From NCBI RefSeq assembly GCF_009914755.1, contig NC_060925.1: DNA of 64,000 nt. The stretch is one strand, 5' to 3'. Every line of letters starts with the position of its first letter. Position 1 is the stretch's first letter. A program made the translations under genes and the position numbers. Origin of the DNA: the human T2T-CHM13v2.0 reference genome, Homo sapiens. This document shows, in pieces, positions 13,466 through 27,065 of the stretch. Under the pieces are notes generated by a model that made no database searches, had not been told where the DNA came from, and saw only the letters and a list, made by a program, of their open reading frames with translations.

Positions 13466-16400
13466 TATCAGCTCAAAAGTGTATACCAATATGAGTTATA
13501 TTTCAGGAACACAGATGAAATAGAAATATATTCAGCTATAAAAGTCTGAAAGAATTTATCACTATTAATCTCCAACTAGAGAGAGAAAATAGCTAAAAGA
13601 AGTTCTGACATACAGGAAGGGATACGAATGAAATAAAAATGAACATATGGATAAATTTAAATAAAAACTGACTCTTTAAAACCATAATAAAGTGTCTAAT
13701 TTATAATGCTAATTTAAAAAGAGAGAGCTAAGAGGAGAGATCTAGAAGCTGTTTAGGGGTGACTAGAATTAAACCATTCTAAACTCTCATTTGAGAGGAA
13801 GGTAAAAATATTAATTAACTTTACACTGTTAAGTATACATTTTAAAGTTTCAAAGGTAGCCACCAAAAGAACTAAATCAAAATAAATATTTGCCAAACCA
13901 GCAGAGAGGGGAAGAATATTTAAACTAATCCAAATAAAGGCAAGAAAGAAGAAGGAAAAAGAACACAGCAAAAGCAAAACAAATAGAAAGTATCAGATAA
14001 AATCGATCAAGTAAATCTAACTATATTAGCAATTAGAATAGATAAAAAATAAACTCTCTAGTTAAAAGGTATAGCTTGTCAGACAAAAAAGTTTTAAAGC
14101 TATGTGTTTAAAGCTTCATGTTTATATCTAAAATATGAAGACACAGAAAGGTTGAAAGTAAAATATAGAAAAATTATAAAAGTAGCAAACGTTAACTAAG
14201 AGAAAAATAGTATAGCTGTGTTCATATCAGGCAAAAATAGACTTTAAATCAAAAGGCATACTAGAGATAAAGAGAATCATTGCATAATGGTAAAATGTTC
14301 ATTTCTCCAGAAAGATAAAAATAATTTTATATTTGAATACATCCAATAAAATAATTTTGAATATATAAAGAAAAAATGAAAGAACTACAGAAAGAAAGAA
14401 TGTCTACTATGTCATTGGGCAATATTAATACATCTCTCAAATCAAAAGAGTATGAAATATTTTGATAACATGATTAACAAGCTTGGGCTATATGAAACAT
14501 ATATAGAACATGCAACCAACAATTGGATAACATATGTTTTTGCAAATATACCAAGAACATTTATGAAAACGATTACACACTAAGCTTTTATATTGTGCAT
14601 TCTTATTTAGAAGAATACACAAGAAATTAATAATGTGAGTTGTTAAAGGACAACAAAACAGCAGGAAGACAAGAATGAGAGATTTTTCCACTGTATATAC
14701 TTCTCTACCTTCTGAATTCTAACCCTGTAAATATATGACTTATGCAAAATATGTACAAAATTAAAATTCAAAAAACAAGACAAGCTGTAAACAAAAGAAA
14801 TTAATGTTTGAAATAAAAAAGGAACACAATGATACAGCAAAGGCGCTATGTATTATTATTGCTAACTTCATACCAATATATTTTAAAATGTTGAGAAAAT
14901 TGACAAATTCCTCGATAAATACAACTTACCAAAACTGGCTCAAAAAAGAATAGGGAAACAATTCACATAAAAGACATTGGGTCAGCAATTTAAAAATGTT
15001 CCACAAAGAAAACACTACTCCCAAACTGTTTCATAGGCAAATTCTACCAAATATTCAAGAACGATAAAATGTAAGGTACAAAAGGAAAGGGATTTTTGTC
15101 TGTTTTACTCTATGCTGTATCCCCAATTCCTACAATTTCTGGTATATAGTAGACGGCCAGTTCACTCTATGAAACTAGTATGAACTTAATTCTGAAAACA
15201 GACATGGAAATATAAGAAAAAGCAATTGAAGATAAATTTCACTGATAAATATATTTACCAAAATAGTAATGAAGCTATACTGAATTTATAACTGTATTTT
15301 TAAAAGATAATACATATTTACCAAATTGGATTTATTTTAGGACACAAAGATGGCTTGTCATTGTAGAGTGTTTTAATGTAATCACCACATGAACAGCCTT
15401 CAAGAGAAAAGGCACATGATCATCTCAATAAATGAAAAAAGCTTTGACAAAAAATCAGTATGTATTCACAATAAAAGCCTTAACAAAGTAGAAATACAAG
15501 AAAACTTCCTAAATCAGGTAAATGGCATCCCACCAAAAATCTAGAAGAAACATTGCCTCTGTGGAGAAACGTTAGAATTATTTTCTGTAAAGTCAGTAAC
15601 AGGATAAGTTTTTCAAATAAAAGGACTCTTATTCAGCACCAGAGGAGAGGCTAACCAGCCCAACAGTAGTAAAGAAAATAAAAACTGTAAACATTGGAGT
15701 GATAGAAGCAAAGCTATCATTATTCACAGAAACTATGATTATCTGCATACAAACCCAAATAATATACACATAAATTACTTGAATTAATCAGAAAATTTCA
15801 CAGGGGCTAGACTAAAATCCATGCACAAATATTGCAGTTGCATGTAACAGCAATAAACAAAAAATATTTTGAAAATATATCATTCTAAATATCATCAAGA
15901 TATATAATGTATCCAGAAATAAATCTAGCAAAACATAGGTAACGTTTTCAGGGAAAAATTATAAACAAAAAGTAAAAGACAATAAAAAATACTACATAAA
16001 CAGAAATTTATACCATATTCATAAAGATACTTATTACCACAAAATATCAATTGTCCTCTATTTTATATAAAGATTCATGCAATCTCAATTAAAACATCAG
16101 CAGCTTGTCAAGAAATGTTATATAACTCCAAAATTCACATGGAAACACAAAGAAAAATACATTAGAAACCCAAAGAGCCCAGAAAAAATTAAAAGCCAAG
16201 AAAGACTTGAACTATTCTATCAACCAACTTGACCTAATTGGTATATAGAGAACATACCACATAACAACAAGAAACAAAACAAAGAAGCCCTAGTATAGAA
16301 TTACCTTAAAAATAAATGGTCTAAACATACCAATTACAAGAAACATTAAACACAACGACACAGGTAGTTTGAAAGCAAAAGAATAGAAAAAGACATATCA

Positions 16401-18029
16401 TGCTAATACTAATCAGAAACTAAATGGCTTTAATTGGGCTAAAAGTAAAACAATGAAAAAAAGATATGCATCAATGAGAATAAAATATCTAAAGTAGCTA
16501 CGTTAATATTAGAAAAGTGAACTTCAGAACAAGAATTATATTATGAATGAAGAACAAGAATTATATTATGAACTTTGCCAAGAAGACAGTACATCCTAAA
16601 TGTCTATGCATCTAGTAACAGAACTTCAAAATACCTAAAGTAAATACATGAAGTAAAAACTGGGTACATCTATTCTTAGGTATAAGCTAGAGTAATACAC
16701 TTCACTATGTGGCTTTTTGCATCAGGAAATATACACAAGCATATTTATTACAACACTGTTCATAACAGAACAAGTAACCTAAAAAAAATTGTTGTGGTAG
16801 CATATTAACAAAATTTTTTAAAGTTTTAATAAAAATAAAGAAATGATAGCTACTTATATTAACAGAAATATAATCCATAGAAATATGACGTAATGTGAAA
16901 AAGTAGGTGACAAGATTATGTAAATAGGTTTTAATTTTAATAAATCCCCTGAGCAAGTAAAATTAAATAATGTATTGTGTGTATATACATATATATGACT
17001 TATGTATATTCTGTAAGAAAACACATACATACATAATATGCTAAATCTATATAGCCAAACAAGTCGGTTACAAGTAAAAGTTTAATATTGTGATTACCTC
17101 TGAGTGATAGGAGATAGGATTAGGAGGGAAATACAAGTTTTTGAACACGTTCTTTGTGGGTTTATTGGCATTTACTTTACTATTATGTTTAACTTAATAT
17201 TACATATTTTGTTTTGTATAGATAAAATAATCTACAATTAAATTTTAAATTATTTCTAAGTACAACTAAGATAGAGAAAAATAAATAGAACTATTTTATA
17301 AAAATGATTTAAGAGAAGCTAATAGATGCAGAAGACAAAAGGAGGTGCAATGTATACACAATTCAGTCTTCTTAAAGAATAGAATGCACCAAACAGTCCA
17401 GAAAAAAATACGTTTAAAAATCTTTCATGAATGAGAAATGCTTGAATCTGCAGATTGAGATTATACGAGGAGAAAAATATTTAATCATCTACGAAAGGAT
17501 TAGAAGCTCACATTATCCTTAAATGCCTTCACAGCAACAGTCAATGCTAGAAGACAATGGAGCATGACTCATGGCTTTTTACTTTGCATTAGTCTGTGTA
17601 GCTTGGATTAAAAAATTTAAAAAGTATATATCTTATTTAAAGCTTTATGAGGATATGGAATAAAGCATAAAGGAAATGCACTGTACTGAGCACTAAGATG
17701 TCTTTAGTCCAGGTCCCAGCTCTCTCATTTATTCTCTATATCCTTGGGCAATTTACTTTACCTGCTCTAACTCAAGGTAAAAAGAAAACAAACAAACAAA
17801 AAATATGGGAATCACAACCACAAAGTTATAATGATAGCCTGGTTGCCAAGACTGGCTCTGAGGGGCAGATCAGGTCTTTCAAACCCAGAATCCAAAAGAA
17901 GTAGAGAGATTAAGCATGATACAGGTGATTGCCCACACCAGGAAGATCCAATCAGATGGGCAAAAAACAAACATGTTCCAGGTAAGGCCAGTCGGTAAAG
18001 TCTATGCCTGCATGACAATATGCAGTACT

Positions 18030-18250
18030 CACTTTCAGTTCAGACTTTTGTGGATTTGAATCTTAAGTCTGCCACCTTACTACCTGGGTGACCTTGGGTA
18101 AATCACACAACCTCTCTAAGCCTCACTTCTCTGCAGCCTCGCATTTTTTAAAGGAGGGTAATAGTTTTGCTCATAGAATTGTTTCCTGTTGTTTGCAAAA
18201 CAAACATTATAGTACTTGGTACAGAATTGGTGCTTAATAAATTATAGTTC
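18030..18250 (+). mobile_element. MIR SINE
   Basis: tttgaatcttaagtctgccaccttactacctgggtgaccttgggtaaatcacacaacctctctaagcctc. Confidence 0.7.
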
Positions 18251-18714
18251 TCGTAACTCAACTTCTAAGCGTAACCAGATGTGAGTCAAAGAATGCTGCT
18301 CACTGCCCTGCACTCACTCATATCAGATTGAGAATGAACAGGACTGAGCCTGTAGGGGAAAGATATTTCTCATGCCCCTGTAAAGATCTATTGAAGGGAG
18401 GGGCAGACATGGTGCATTTTAGCCACAGTTTTATCATCTGTACAATAAAAGGATTTTACCAAAGAATCTCTAAGGACCTCACACACCTCTTAGTTCTAAA
18501 ACTCTCTGATCTGTGAACCAAATCTGATGTGTATTCTATGTTTAGAATTGATATGTTAGATCATCTGGTCATAGCTAAAATCGTATCATCTGTTGATTTA
18601 TATAAAGGGTTATGGTAAATGACCTTGGATAAAGAATATAATCTAAAATGCTATTTGTAACATCAAATGAAGTGTAAAGATTTAATGGCTTATCCCTTGG
18701 ACTGAGGACCTCTT

Positions 18715-19035
18715 TGAATCATATATTCTTAGAGTTTAAAGGGATCTCAGAAGTCATCTAGTCAAACCTTCCAACTAGTAGAGGAACCACTGCTAGGACA
18801 GCCACACAAGGCTCACAACCTGGGTTGAATATATCTGATGACAGCAACCTCTCTCCCTTACAAGATGCCTATTCCATTTTTAAAATTCTGTTGCTAGACC
18901 ACTATTTTATGTTTATCTTGAGACCAAAACTTTTTTGAGCCCAAATCTTTTCCTTGCTGGATATAATGGTTCTTCATATTTGAAGACAACTATTGAGTTT
19001 CCCTCTTAGTCGCCCTTCCAAGCTGTACATTCTTA
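18715..19035 (-). mobile_element. L3/CR1 LINE fragment
   Basis: agagtttaaagggatctcagaagtcatctagtcaaacc...ttcatatttgaagacaactat...cttccaagct typical of antisense L3 3' end. Confidence 0.55.
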
Positions 19036-19139
19036 ATTAATTAAAGTCACTCTGCATATGGAGTTTCCAGACTCCACAACAGCCTACTGCCTTCTTCAGG
19101 GCCACTTTGTACCTCAGTCAAAATGTGGTCCCTATATAA

Positions 19140-22100
19140 GAGGAATGACATCAGCAAGATGGCAGAATAGAAAGTTACCCACTTGTATCCCCCAACGACA
19201 ACAAGAATTTTACACCCATCCACAGACAAAAGTCTCCCTGTGGGAGCCTCAAGATTCAGGTAGGAGGTTGTGAAATGCTGGTGGAGCTTAAATCTAGGAG
19301 GGTTGTTTTGAGAGTGCAAACCAGCACCCAGGTGGCAGACCTACCAATTGTGCTCCTGGATTTAAGCCTGAAAATGGCTCCATTCCCTAAGGGATTTGGC
19401 TACAGGCTAATTTGGCCTTGAATCTGCAATCAAAACTATTTTCCAAGGAGTCCAACAGAAAGCATGCACACTAGTGCCTCAGCAGAGGGGGTTGTCTGCC
19501 CATTGACATTAGTCTTGGCAGTGAACCTGAAGTTATCCTGTGGCTCAGTTCCAGCCCTGTCAAGGCTGAGGTCTCAGCCTAGAACTGCTCCTACAAGGTC
19601 CCAGACAGAGACTCATATATTGCAGAGTCCCATATATTGCAGCCCAACAGTCTGAGTCTTCCTGATGGGTTCACCATCCTCTGTCCCACAGCAGATCCTA
19701 AAGGGGCCCAGTATCAGGTCTGGCTCCTCCTGCTGCAGTGGGATAACTATCCCACCTGTGCAGGAAGCTGCTGGGAGATGCATGCATCTGAGCTAACAAG
19801 ATGGGCTCACCAGCCTCTCTCCCACAGCAGATCCTGACAAGGCCCAGTCTCAGCTCCAGCCCCTCTCACTGCAGCCAGGGAACAATGTCACCTGTGCAGG
19901 AATCTGTGGAGAGAAATACACCTGGCTGAGCCAGCAAAACAGGCTCACTAGCCTCCATCTTACAGCAGATCCTGAGGGGGCCTAGTCTCAGCTCCAACCC
20001 CTCACAACGCAGTCAGGCAACTGTCCCGCCTGCATGGGATATTGCTGGGAGGCACATTCATCTGGGCCACTGGGACAGTGGCAGGATTGGGTCCCTGGCC
20101 AGCTTCCCCAGACAGCCTGGGTACCCTCTTTGGGTCTTCCCCAGGTCCATCTGGGCCAGAGGGCTGTCCCAACCTCAGAGCCCACATGAGACTCACAGCA
20201 AACCTAAGCTTATAGCATCCAGTAGTGATGAGGTGAGTGCAGTAGTCACAGGCTCAAGGAGAACAACAGTCAGTCTGCTTAGAATATCCAGAAGGCCTAG
20301 TGAAGAAGGACAAGCACAAACAAAGGCACACTGTGAAGACTCAAATAAATATCTAACCCTTCAATGCATAGACATTGTTGCATGTCCACAGCATTGAGAA
20401 CATTCAGGGAAATATGGCCTCACCAAATGGACAAAACAAGGCACCAAAAACTAACCCTAAAATCTATGGACATATGTGATCTCTCAGGCAAACAATTCAA
20501 AATCACTATTTTGGGAAACGCAATGAGCTTCAAAAAAACAGGGAAACAATTCAGAAATTTATCAAAGAAATTTAACAGGGAAATTGAAATAATTTTTCAA
20601 AAACTAATAGAAATCCCAGAGATTTAAACTATAATAAACAAAATGGGAAATGGAATAGGGAGCATCAACAGCTGAACTGATCAACAGAAGAAAGAATCAG
20701 TGAGCTCAAAGACAGGCTATTTGAAAATATACAAAGGAGAAAAAAGAATGAAAAGTAATGAAGACAGCTTACAGAATTTATGAGACAACATCAAAAGAAC
20801 AAATGTTGAGGCATTGGAGTTCAAAAGAGAGTTGAGAAAGACAAAGGGGTAGAAAGCTTACTAAAAAAAAAAATAAGAAAACTTTACAAACCTGGAGAAA
20901 AATATAAATATCCAAGAACAGGAAGATCAACCCAAATGAGAATATCTCAAGACATGTTATAGTCAACCTGTTAAAGGTTCAATACAAATAGAGGATCCCG
21001 AAAGCAGTGAGAGAAAATAAGTAAATAACATGTAAGGGAGTTCTAATAAGCTTGGCAGCAGACTTCTTAGCAGAAACTTTGCAGGCCAGGAGGGAGTGGG
21101 ACAATAAGAATTAATACCAATTCTTCTCAAAATATTCTAAAGAACTGAAGTTGAGGGGATTCTTCCAATCTCATTTTGTGAGTTCAGCATACTCTGATTC
21201 CAAAACCAGAAAAGGACACAAAAAAGAAAATTACAGGCAATATCCCTGATGAACATAGATGTAAAAATCCTCAACAGAATACTAAAACAAGAAAAAGGCA
21301 AAGGGGTAGAAAGCTTGTTGCAAGAAATTGAAGAGAACACAAATAAAAGGAAAGTATCCTGTGTTCATAAATTGGAAGATTTAACATTGTTAAAATGTCC
21401 ATACTACCCTAAGCAATTTACAGAGTTAATAACACATCAAAAAGATTATTCACCATGATCAAGTAGGATTTATCCCAGGGATACAAGGATGGTTCAACAT
21501 ACTCAAATCTGAATAGACATTTCTCAAAAGAGACATAATCTTGGCTAACAGGTATATTTTTAAATGCTCAATGTCACTAATGACCATGGAAATGAAAATC
21601 AAACCATAATAATATATCTCATCTCCAATTAAAATTGGCTATAGCAAAAAGACAAAAAATTACAAATGCTGGCAAGCACACGGAGAAAAGGGAACACTTA
21701 CATATAGTTGGTGGGAATATCAATTAGTACAGCCATTATGGAAAACAATATGGAGATTCCTCAAAAAACGAAAAATAGAACTACCATAAGCACTCCCACT
21801 ACTAGATGTATATCCAAAGAAAATGAAATCAGTATGTTGAAGAGATATTTGTACTCCCATGTTTATTATAGAACTATTCACAATAGCCAAGATATGGAAT
21901 CAACCTAAGGGCCCATAAATGGATGAACGAATTTGTTTAAATGTGGTATATTTGCACAATGGAATATATTCAGCCATAAAAAAGAATGGAATCCTGTCAT
22001 TTGTAGCAACAGGGATAATCCTAGAGGACATTATGTTAAGTGAAATAAGCCAGGCATAGAAAAACAAATATTGCATGGACTTACTCGTATGTGGAATCTA

Positions 22101-22463
22101 AAAAAGTTAATCTCATAGAAGAGGAGAGTTGAATAGTGGTTACCAGAGGCTGAGGAGTGTAAGGGATGGTATATGGAGACATTGGTCAATTGGGATCAAG
22201 TTACACTTAGACAGGAAAAACAAGTTCTAGAGTTCCATTGCACAATAGGGTGGCTATAGTTAATAATCATATATTGTATATTTCAAAATAGCTAGAAGAA
22301 AGAATTTTGAATGTTCTCACCACAAATAAGTGATAAACGTTTGCAGCGATGGGCATGCTAATTACCCTGATTTGATCATTACACATTGTATTCATGTATC
22401 AAAACAACATACTGTAACCCATAAATATGTACAATTATTATGTTCAATGAAAAATAAAACTTT
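19140..22463 (+). mobile_element. L1MA-family element, both ends present, internally deleted and rearranged
   Basis: 5' end gacatcagcaagatggcagaatag, GC-richer 5' UTR, decayed ORF1 (~20400-21105), ORF2 pieces, L1MA4-7-like 3' UTR; degraded TSD AAAATGTGGTCCCTA / AAAATGCGGCTCTA. Confidence 0.85.
19686..20070 (+). repeat. three diverged ~135-140 bp tandem monomers in the L1MA 5' UTR
   Basis: Units begin acagcagatcct near 19686, 19821 and 19961 and share ggcc(c/t)agt..cag and cacctgtgcaggaa-like blocks. Confidence 0.8.
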
Positions 22464-22498
22464 AAAATGCGGCTCTAGAATTAAGTACAATACTCTAA

Positions 22499-22858
<360 letters not shown>

Positions 22859-24694
22859 CACAGTGCCCCTCTTACTGCTGCCAAAGAACGGCTTCCTGTT
22901 TGGGAAACTCCACTGCACTCTGGAGTATAGCTCCGCTGCTATACTCATTTCTTAGGCCATGACTTCATCATCTGCAATACAAGGACTTAGGCTACCAGAT
23001 CAATGGTTTTCGTTTTTTTAAAAAAGTTGTATTAACTCCATCTTCAAATGAAATCATATGTGAATCCTCAACCAGGAAAACAAAAGCAATGGAAATGTGC
23101 TGATTGTGCTCTGCCCCATGTGTTACCTGCCCACTCAGTGCCATGCCCCACTGCTCTCCAGCGGGGGGCATATAAGGGATTGCCCAGAAAGCCCTGAGGG
23201 TCCCTGGAGTACAGTTTATAAACCACTGGACAGTTTCTTACAAACCCTAGAATTCCTACCAAAAAACCAATACAACTTTTCATATGAACTGTTGGCAACA
23301 TTTGTTCAAATCCCACATCTACCACTTTTTTGATATCTGATGTTAGGAAAATTTCAGTGCTTGTTTCCTCATCTGTACACTGGGAGAATAATTACCCTTA
23401 CCTCAAATCAATGTTGTAAGGATTAAATGATTTAATACAGAGAAAGCCTTTAACACAGAGAAAGCCCTTAGAGTACCTGATACTTAGTAAGCCTCACATT
23501 AGCTGCCAGCTAAGTCCTTCTCAATCTCAACTCACATAGTTAAATTTTTGAAACTAAACTCAGGATATTAAGCTTTTCTATATTTAACTTTTATATTTTC
23601 TTCTTGGTACAGACCCAACATTCAGGCTTCAGGCTCAAGATAATTTGAAATCCCGATCTCCTCATCTTTTCTTTCAGCTGTCTCTCTCAGGACTGCGGTA
23701 CCTGCATTTTTGATAAGCAAACCTCCTGTGCTCTCATTCAGATCACCAGTCTCTTCTTAAACATCAAATTTGACTTTATTGATTGGCCATGGCTAGAAAG
23801 ATAACATGGCAGTATTTAGCCAGTGTGTGTGTGGATATCATAAAGGTGATCGTTGGGTGAAACTCAGTACATTCCAATTTGGACTTCCAGAGGTCAGATA
23901 TTCCAAAACAAGGTATAAATGAGCATATTATTTATCACAGTGAATTAGAAGTATGTCAGATTTTAGAGACTAGTAATTACCTAAGATTTGAAGCAGCCCA
24001 ATCAATTTTGGAATTGTCTAGAAATGAAAGAAAACCTGAAAACCACAACTGACAAGCCACAAAGCATAAAGAAAGTTTCTACGTGAACTTTTGCTTTTAC
24101 TAGTCTCTAGGACTTCATTTAATTCAAAACCCTTTCTTAGCACCAACAGAATAAAACTCAGCTCCCTAGCCTGGTTCCTAGCATTTTTCACAACTTTGAT
24201 CCACATGCCTCTCTCACCAATACACCAGTCACAGAAAACGTGTTCTCCTTTCCATGAATGTAAGACACACTTTTATACTTGTACCATCTGATTTGCTATT
24301 TTTTCTGCCTATTAATATTTCTCCTCCTTCTCTCTCTGGCAAACTTTTGTTGACTCTATGGACCCAGTTCAAATGTTACTTCTGTAAAATTTACCCCAAC
24401 TCCAAAATTATTGCTCCTTCCTCTGAGTTTCTCATTGGATTCTGTAATTCCTTTCTTAAAGCCTCACAATGTTATATTGTGATCAATTGTTTCCAAGTGT
24501 ATCTCACTGGCAACAGCTACCTGGTAGACATCACATGATACCTCAACTAACCCCCTCAGTTTTGGGCATACTATAGAACCTAGATCGATTTTGAGCAAAT
24601 GTTATAAGACTTACCTACCCTCAATAGCATTGTTTCTATTGGAAAACATTCTGAATAGCAGAATTTCAAGTTAACATTGGGAACACAATTGTAT

Positions 24695-26330
24695 AACCTA
24701 TTCATTCTTTTATTCAACAAATGCTTGTTGAGCACTTACAATGTGTCAGCTGTTGGTTTAGCCATAAGTGATACAACAGAAAGCAAATTGGTCATATATC
24801 TTGCCCTTATAGAGCTTATATTCTAGGGGAAAGACAAAATAGGTCAAATATATGGTATAATACATAAGAAAATTATACTGATAAGGAGAAAAATAAATCA
24901 TAGTAAAGGAATAGAAATCTAAGAGGAAAGGGTTGCAATTTTAGATAAGGGGATCAAGGAAGGCCTCACTGAGTTGGTTCATTAGAATAAAATTACGAAG
25001 GAAGTGAATAAGTGAGCCATAAGATTAGCTGAAAATTTAGAATGCCAGGCAGAGGAAACAGAAAGATCAAGGCCTAGAAGGGGAAGACTGCCTGGTATGT
25101 CCAAAGACAGCAGTAAGGCAATGTACTCAAGTGGGAAAAGCAAGGGTAAGAAGAGATGTGTTATTGGGAACCAGGTCATAATGAGCCCTGCAGGTGAGCA
25201 TGATGACTTTGGGCATTATTTAGTGAGATGGAAGCCAATGAGAGCAATAGCAGAAGAGTGAAATGATCTGATCTCTATTTTCTTCTGGTCTCTCTGGTTG
25301 CTCTGATAAGAGAAGGCTGGGGCAGAGGATGGACAAAGATGGAAACAGGACACCAGTTAGGAAGTTATTGCACTACACAGGTAAGACATGACGGGACTGA
25401 TGAGAAGTAGTCAAATTTTGGAAGAATTTGTCGGGATTTTCCGATGGATTAGATGATTGTGAGAAAAAGAGAAGTTAAGGCTGAGTATCAAGTTTTGTTT
25501 TTGTTTTTATCCTAGCAATTTAAAGAATGAAGTTGCATTAACTGAAATGGAGAAAAGTGTGAGAGAAGCTGGTTTGGAGAAGGACCCATAGCTTAGCTTT
25601 GGAGATGTGAAATTTGCAATCCTTGTTAGACATCCAAGTGGAGATATCGAGTAGGCTACATGATATATTTTTATGGGTCAGGGAAGACATCCTGGTTAGC
25701 GATATGGACTTGGATGATATCAGCACATCACCTATGGCATGACTATAGAAAGAAATAAAGAAGCTCAAGAAGCTCAAGCGCTGAAGCCTGGGGTACTCCA
25801 ACATTTAGAAGACAGAAAAATAAGGAGAAAAAGGCAAAAAAAGAGACTGAGAAGGAGCATTTAGAAAGGTAGGAGGAAAACCAGGTAAGTATAGTGTCTT
25901 TGAAGCCAAGAGGAGAAACAGTTTACAGAGAAGGGTGTGATTAGCTGTGTGTCGAGTGCTATTGAGATTTTAAGTAAGATAAAAACTGAGAATAACCACT
26001 GGATTTAGCAACATGGAAATTAAAGGTGACCTTGACCAGTACAGTTTCAGCAGAGTAGTGAGGGGTCAAAGCCTAATTGGGGTAGATTCAGGTGAAAACA
26101 GAAGAAGAGAAATTACATTTTTAAATTTTAAGATATTTTGCAGTAATGGGGAGGAGGAAATTGGGGTCAAGAGAGGTTTTCTTTCTTCCTTTTAGGATGG
26201 GAGAAATAACAGACTATTTGCATGCTTTCAGAAATATTCAGAAGAGAGAGGAATATTGATGATACAGGAGAGGAGAAGAATTGCTAGAGTGATGTCTTTG
26301 AGCATGTTTTGGGGATATGGTAGCATAAGC
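24695..26330 (-). mobile_element. long L2a fragment
   Basis: Starts ttcattcttttattcaacaaatgcttgttgagcacttac; continues through gacatccaagtggagatatcgagtaggc and gatttagcaacatggaa...gtgaccttgacc. Confidence 0.85.
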
Positions 26331-26531
26331 CATCTGGCAGCAGTGATGCAGACACCGGTCAGATACTGGGAAGGCCACGTAAGCAAGTGACTGAACCAAG
26401 GATGTAGAATGAAGGCTGGGATCGGGGCTGTAGGGTGAGGTCCGAGCCCAAGTCAGGAACGTGCAGGCCCAGCACAAGTAAGCAGGAGGCCCCGTCAGAG
26501 GAGTAACCAGAGACTCTGTCCTGTAGGTTAC

Positions 26532-27065
26532 TGAGTCAGGATTCGCCCGAGAAACAGAACATATAGGATACAAGAGGAGATTTATTGTGGGAATTGACTC
26601 ACACATTTAGAGGCTGAGAAGTCCCAGAGTATGCCATCTTGCAAGCTGTAAAATGAGGGAAGCCAGCAGAATAGCTCAGTCTAAGTCTGAAGGCCTGAGA
26701 AACAGAGCAGCTGACCATGTAACTCTCAGTCCAAGCCTGAAGGCCTGAGAACCTGGGATGCCACTGGTATAAGTCCCTAAGTTGAAGGCCAGGGAACCTG
26801 GAGTTTCAATGTCTGAGGGCAGGAGAAGACAGATGTCCCAGCTCCAGAAGAGCGACAGTGAATTCACCCTTCCTCTTCCTTTTTGATCTCTCCAGACCCC
26901 CAAGCCACTGAATGGCACCCACCCACATTGGGGAGGACAGATCTTTACTCAGTCTAAAGATTCTAATGCTAATCTCTGTCACAGATGCATCCAGCAATAA
27001 TGTTTTACCAGCTATGAGGTTATCCCTTAACCCCGTGAAGTTGACACCTGAAATTAACCATTGCA
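26532..27065 (-). mobile_element. MLT2B-like (ERVL) solo LTR
   Basis: gaggctgagaagtccca...tctgaaggcctgagaa...aagttgacacctgaaattaaccattgca; exact 5-bp TSD GTTAC at 26527-26531 and 27066-27070. Confidence 0.88.

Larger units (their letters stand above)
10530..17580 (+). mobile_element. cluster of ancient, fragmented L1M elements with nested insertions
   Basis: A-rich sequence with recognisable decayed ORF1/ORF2 pieces (e.g. 14040-14580 EN, 14890-16150 RT) and old 3' ends; no long ORF. Confidence 0.75.
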
